Shown: positions 60,614 to 64,000 of the stretch, piece by piece
Layout of the letters: each line of letters opens with the position of its first letter
Numbering within the stretch: the first letter of the stretch is position 1
Assembly (NCBI GenBank): GCA_963664815.2
Contig: CAXXHB010000002.1
Span: 544,001-608,000, forward strand
Length of the DNA stretch: 64,000 bases
Direction of reading: 5' to 3'
Origin: Spirochaetota bacterium
Lineage (GTDB): Bacteria; Spirochaetota; UBA4802; UBA5550
Notes under the pieces: model-generated
The model's input: only the letters and a program-made list of their open reading frames with translations
Told to the model about the DNA's origin: nothing
The model's database searches: none
Translations under genes and position numbers: made by a program

Positions 60614-61198
60614 ATGAAATCAAAAAGTAAAGCTATTGAAGAAAAAGTTTTTAAGAATGTTGAAACCCTTATGTTGCAATATGGAATTAAGGGTTGGAAT
60701 ATGAATGACCTTGCAGGAATATCAGGTATTACCAAAAGGACTTTGTACAAAATTATAGCTTCAAAAGAACAACTTATTCGAGATGTGGCATTTAACAATA
60801 TCAGGAGAATCAGGGAACGAGTTTTTGAAATAATAAAAAGTGATTCAGCTTTCAAAGAACGAATGGATAAGCTGATTACCGCCATCCCTGAACTCTTTAA
60901 GAATAACTATATCAACAATTATAGCGATATTCTGAATGAGTTTCCAGAATTAGAAGCGGATATTGTTAAAGAAAATGAAAAGCTGTCAGCTGACCTGCGG
61001 CTTTTTTTTCAGAGTGGGATTGACTGCGGGTGTATAAGAAAGGACATCACCCCGGTTCTGGTTCAGCAGATGATTCAGGCTTTTATTATTTATTTTGCAA
61101 AATACAGTTCTTCGGAAACTGAAGTTGCAGATAGGATTAAAATGTCACTTCACTGCCTGATCAATGGATTAGTTATCGGCCAGGATGGCGGGAAATAA
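60614..61198 (+). CDS. TetR/AcrR family transcriptional regulator
   Basis: HTH motif GIKGWNMNDLAGISGITKRTLYK..SKEQL. Upstream of emrAB-like genes. Confidence 0.92.
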   Translation: MKSKSKAIEEKVFKNVETLMLQYGIKGWNMNDLAGISGITKRTLYKIIASKEQLIRDVAFNNIRRIRERVFEIIKSDSAFKERMDKLITAIPELFKNNYINNYSDILNEFPELEADIVKENEKLSADLRLFFQSGIDCGCIRKDITPVLVQQMIQAFIIYFAKYSSSETEVADRIKMSLHCLINGLVIGQDGGK

Positions 61199-61268
61199 AT
61201 TCATTATTTAACTGAAAATAAGCAGTAAATATATTTTAAATTATGAATAATTTTTGCAGGAGGGAACC

Positions 61269-62117
61269 ATGAACATTAAAAAAATTGCAATCCCAGTGGC
61301 AATTATTTCGTTATTGGGAGTTGCCGGAATTTATATAAAAGACTACATGATTTATGTTACTACTGATAATGCCCAGGTTGCGGCTCATTATGTTCTGCTT
61401 TCTTCGAAAGTGCCTGGTTTTATTATAAAAGTAAACGTCAAAGAAGGGGATTCGGTTAAAAAAGGGAGCATACTTATAGAGATTGATCATCGTGATTTTG
61501 AAAATGTACTCAGGCAACATGAAGGTGAACTAGCTGCGCTGGATGCTTCAAAAAATGATGCAGAGAAAAATTTTAAACGGATTTCAGAACTATATAAAAG
61601 CGGCTCAGTATCACAGCAGAATAATGATCAATCAAAGGCTTTGTTACTCCAGTTAAGGTCAAAGTCTGAAGCGATGAGCGCCATAGTGGATCAGTCGAAG
61701 CTTAATCTTGAAAACACAAAGATAAAAGCGCCTGCTGATGGATTTATTGCCAAAACATCAGCTGAGATAGGGCAGTTTACGGGGAGCGGAGCTCCGCTTA
61801 TCGGGTTTGTAGATTCGGGAGAACGTTGGGTTGTGGCTAATTTTAAAGAAACAGAAATACCATACATAAAAACCGGAGCAAAAGTTAAAATTGAAATTGA
61901 TGCTATTCCGGGAAGATATTTCTCCGGAAACGTTGAAAGTCTGAGCTCTGCAACCGGGGCGACATTTACGCTCCTTCCTCCTGATAATGCAACAGGGAAT
62001 TTTACGAAGGTTGTGCAGAGAATTCCCGTTAGAATAAAACTGGATCCTGTTGATGAACCGGTTATGGAAAAGCTGAGAAACGGTCTGTCAGCGGTAGTAA
62101 AAATACGTCGCAGCTGA
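61269..62117 (+). CDS. EmrA/HlyD family membrane fusion protein
   Basis: Motifs TDNAQV, ANFKET, LLPPDNATGNFTKVVQRIPVRI. Confidence 0.93.
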   Translation: MNIKKIAIPVAIISLLGVAGIYIKDYMIYVTTDNAQVAAHYVLLSSKVPGFIIKVNVKEGDSVKKGSILIEIDHRDFENVLRQHEGELAALDASKNDAEKNFKRISELYKSGSVSQQNNDQSKALLLQLRSKSEAMSAIVDQSKLNLENTKIKAPADGFIAKTSAEIGQFTGSGAPLIGFVDSGERWVVANFKETEIPYIKTGAKVKIEIDAIPGRYFSGNVESLSSATGATFTLLPPDNATGNFTKVVQRIPVRIKLDPVDEPVMEKLRNGLSAVVKIRRS

Positions 62118-63685
62118 TGAATACGAAATCGGTACTGATAATTGCTGTAGCATCGCTGGCTTCGCTTCTTGAAGTTATAGATACATCAATTGTCAACGTG
62201 GCTATCCCTGCAATGATGGGTAACCTGGGTGTTTCACTTGATGATATAAGTGCGGTTGTTACCGGTTATGCTATTGCCAATGCTGTTGTACTGCCTTTAT
62301 CGGCGTGGGCCGCTAATAGAATCGGAAAAAGAAAGTATTATCTGGGATGCATAGCTGCGTTCACTGCTTCGTCGTTTGCCTGCGGGATATCTCCTAATTT
62401 GCAGACTCTTGTTTTATGTCGTATTCTTCAGGGGCTTGCCGGAGGTGCGCTGCTCCCGACTTCTCAGGAACTGATTTTCAACCAGTTTCCAAAGGAAAAA
62501 TCTGGTTATGCGGGAGCAATTTTCGGGTTGAGTATCATTATAGGTCCAACACTTGGTCCAGTGCTTGGCGGGTATCTGTCGGATAATTTCGGATGGAGAT
62601 CGGTTTTTAATGTCAATATTCCTCTTGGCGTCCTTGCTCTTTTAATCGGGTATGTAGTAATTACGGATGATGAGGTTTCAATGAGTGAGAGTGATTTTAA
62701 TGAAAATAGCAGAAATTATATTGATTTTAAGGGGCTTGCCCTGCTTTGTGCCGGGATTGGGGGTCTTCAGTATGTTCTTGAACGTGGAGAGGCAAATGAC
62801 TGGTTTTCATCTGATCTGATAGTTGCCTGTTCAATTATTTCTATAGTTTCGCTTGTAACTTTTGTCTGGTGGGAGCTTAAAGTTGACAATCCGGTAGTAG
62901 ATATGAAGCTTTTCAGAAAATCTACAGTTTCAATAGGAGTGATGCTTATTGCAGGGATGGGGTTCTTTATATATTCATCAGTTTTTATTACACCCTATTT
63001 TATAAATTTAGTTTTTCATTATAATGCAACTCAAACCGGAATGCTATTTATTCCCGGAGCTGTATTGACAATGCTGTTATTACCGGTTGTTGGTGCATTG
63101 ACTGACAGGATAGATCCCAGGTACCTGATTGCTACTGGTTTTTGCGGTGTATGTGTATGTCTTTTACTGATGAGCAGGTTTTCAACATTAACAAGTGAAT
63201 GGAGTATGCTTACAGCGCTTTTCGCAAGGGCTTTTGCAATGGCATTTCTTTTTCTCCCGATAACTTCATCTGTATCCAGCCAGTTTGAGGGATATGACCT
63301 TGCTCAGGTATCAGGGCTGCTGAACCTTCTGAGGCAGATAGGAGGGAGTTTTTCAATAGCACTAGTCGGTACTATTTTATCCAGAAATATGCATCAGAAT
63401 ATGCTGAATCTTACTTCAAAGGTTTCGCTCCTGAACCAGCAGACACAGATAACAGTAGCACAGGCAAATGGAGCAGTTGCATTGAAAATGAGTAAAACCC
63501 TGGGTTGTAATAACCCGGATGCAGGAGCACTTATGGCAATAGCAGCGAGGATAAAATCTCAGGCCTTTGTTGTAACCTTTGATCAGTTGATGATTATAAT
63601 TCTCTTTGTTGAGATTTTATGCTTTTTACCGGCAATATGGCTGAAAATTGACAGAACTAAACAAGTCAGGTTTACTGGACATTGA
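62117..63685 (+). CDS. DHA2 family (EmrB/QacA) MFS efflux permease
   Basis: Motifs DTSIVNVA, RILQGLAGG, GPTLGPVLGG, WRSVFNVNIP, NLLRQIGGS. Confidence 0.93.
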   Translation: MNTKSVLIIAVASLASLLEVIDTSIVNVAIPAMMGNLGVSLDDISAVVTGYAIANAVVLPLSAWAANRIGKRKYYLGCIAAFTASSFACGISPNLQTLVLCRILQGLAGGALLPTSQELIFNQFPKEKSGYAGAIFGLSIIIGPTLGPVLGGYLSDNFGWRSVFNVNIPLGVLALLIGYVVITDDEVSMSESDFNENSRNYIDFKGLALLCAGIGGLQYVLERGEANDWFSSDLIVACSIISIVSLVTFVWWELKVDNPVVDMKLFRKSTVSIGVMLIAGMGFFIYSSVFITPYFINLVFHYNATQTGMLFIPGAVLTMLLLPVVGALTDRIDPRYLIATGFCGVCVCLLLMSRFSTLTSEWSMLTALFARAFAMAFLFLPITSSVSSQFEGYDLAQVSGLLNLLRQIGGSFSIALVGTILSRNMHQNMLNLTSKVSLLNQQTQITVAQANGAVALKMSKTLGCNNPDAGALMAIAARIKSQAFVVTFDQLMIIILFVEILCFLPAIWLKIDRTKQVRFTGH

Positions 63686-63751
63686 GATGATGCAATGTAA
63701 TTATCTGTGAAAGTATACCAAAGACAGAATGCCGAGAAGAAATATTAAATA

Positions 63752-64000
63752 TCATTTTAATTTCTGTGCAACACTAAGACATTCATCGGTTAATTGCAAC
63801 CCGTGGGCATCTGGTTTATATTCATGGCAGAGTTTTCCAAGGTATTCAATGGCTTTTATTATTTTATCATTCCAGTGCCCGGCATTTATTCTCATACAGT
63901 TATTAAATTTCGGTTTCATGGAAAAAAGACACCCGGGTGCTATGAGAATGTTTTTCTTAAGAGCTTCGTGATAAATGTGAAGGGAATCTATTTCGCCAGG
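63752..64000 (-). CDS. C-terminus of a PLP-dependent aminotransferase / MocR-family regulator (partial, runs off the window)
   Basis: Open minus frame absent from the ORF track: PGEIDSLHIYHEALKKNILIAPGCLFS...FNNCMRINAG...AIEYLGKL, stop at 63752-63754. Confidence 0.75.
   Translation of the reverse strand, partial: PGEIDSLHIYHEALKKNILIAPGCLFSMKPKFNNCMRINAGHWNDKIIKAIEYLGKLCHEYKPDAHGLQLTDECLSVAQKLK

Noticed and set aside
63729-63971. 80-aa plus-strand ORF from the track
   Set aside because: It overlaps a minus-strand frame encoding a recognisable aminotransferase/MocR C-terminus.

Overview
AT-rich bacterial chromosomal window, probably from an anaerobic spirochaete-like organism (inferred from CheX, lipoproteins and Fe-S/selenoprotein content; taxonomy not proven). 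It holds about 50 CDSs; I found no rRNA, tRNA, CRISPR array or transposase. Housekeeping genes include pyrB, pyrC, tsaD, a CtpA-type protease, TatD, RadC, SfsA, two-subunit fumarase and a TetR-EmrAB efflux unit. The most unusual loci are: (1) a three-gene operon (13.8-20.8 kb) in which the same large beta-propeller plus Cache-like membrane sensor is fused once to an MFS transporter and once to a HAMP-adenylyl cyclase, followed by a coupled formyltransferase; (2) a CheY-CheX-[Amt-PAS-Hpt-CheA-type kinase]-[CBS-SpoIIE] operon (29.7-34.6 kb) that looks like a receptor-free ammonium-sensing phosphorelay; (3) a selenocysteine formate dehydrogenase split in the ORF track by UGA plus SECIS, partnered by a NuoE-NuoF fusion that has lost its [2Fe-2S] ligands; (4) a double-cubane reductase/activase pair in an operon with an ABC importer; (5) several apparent pseudo-enzymes; and (6) non-coding patterns including a perfectly palindromic bidirectional promoter and an inverted array of 11-bp phased repeats.
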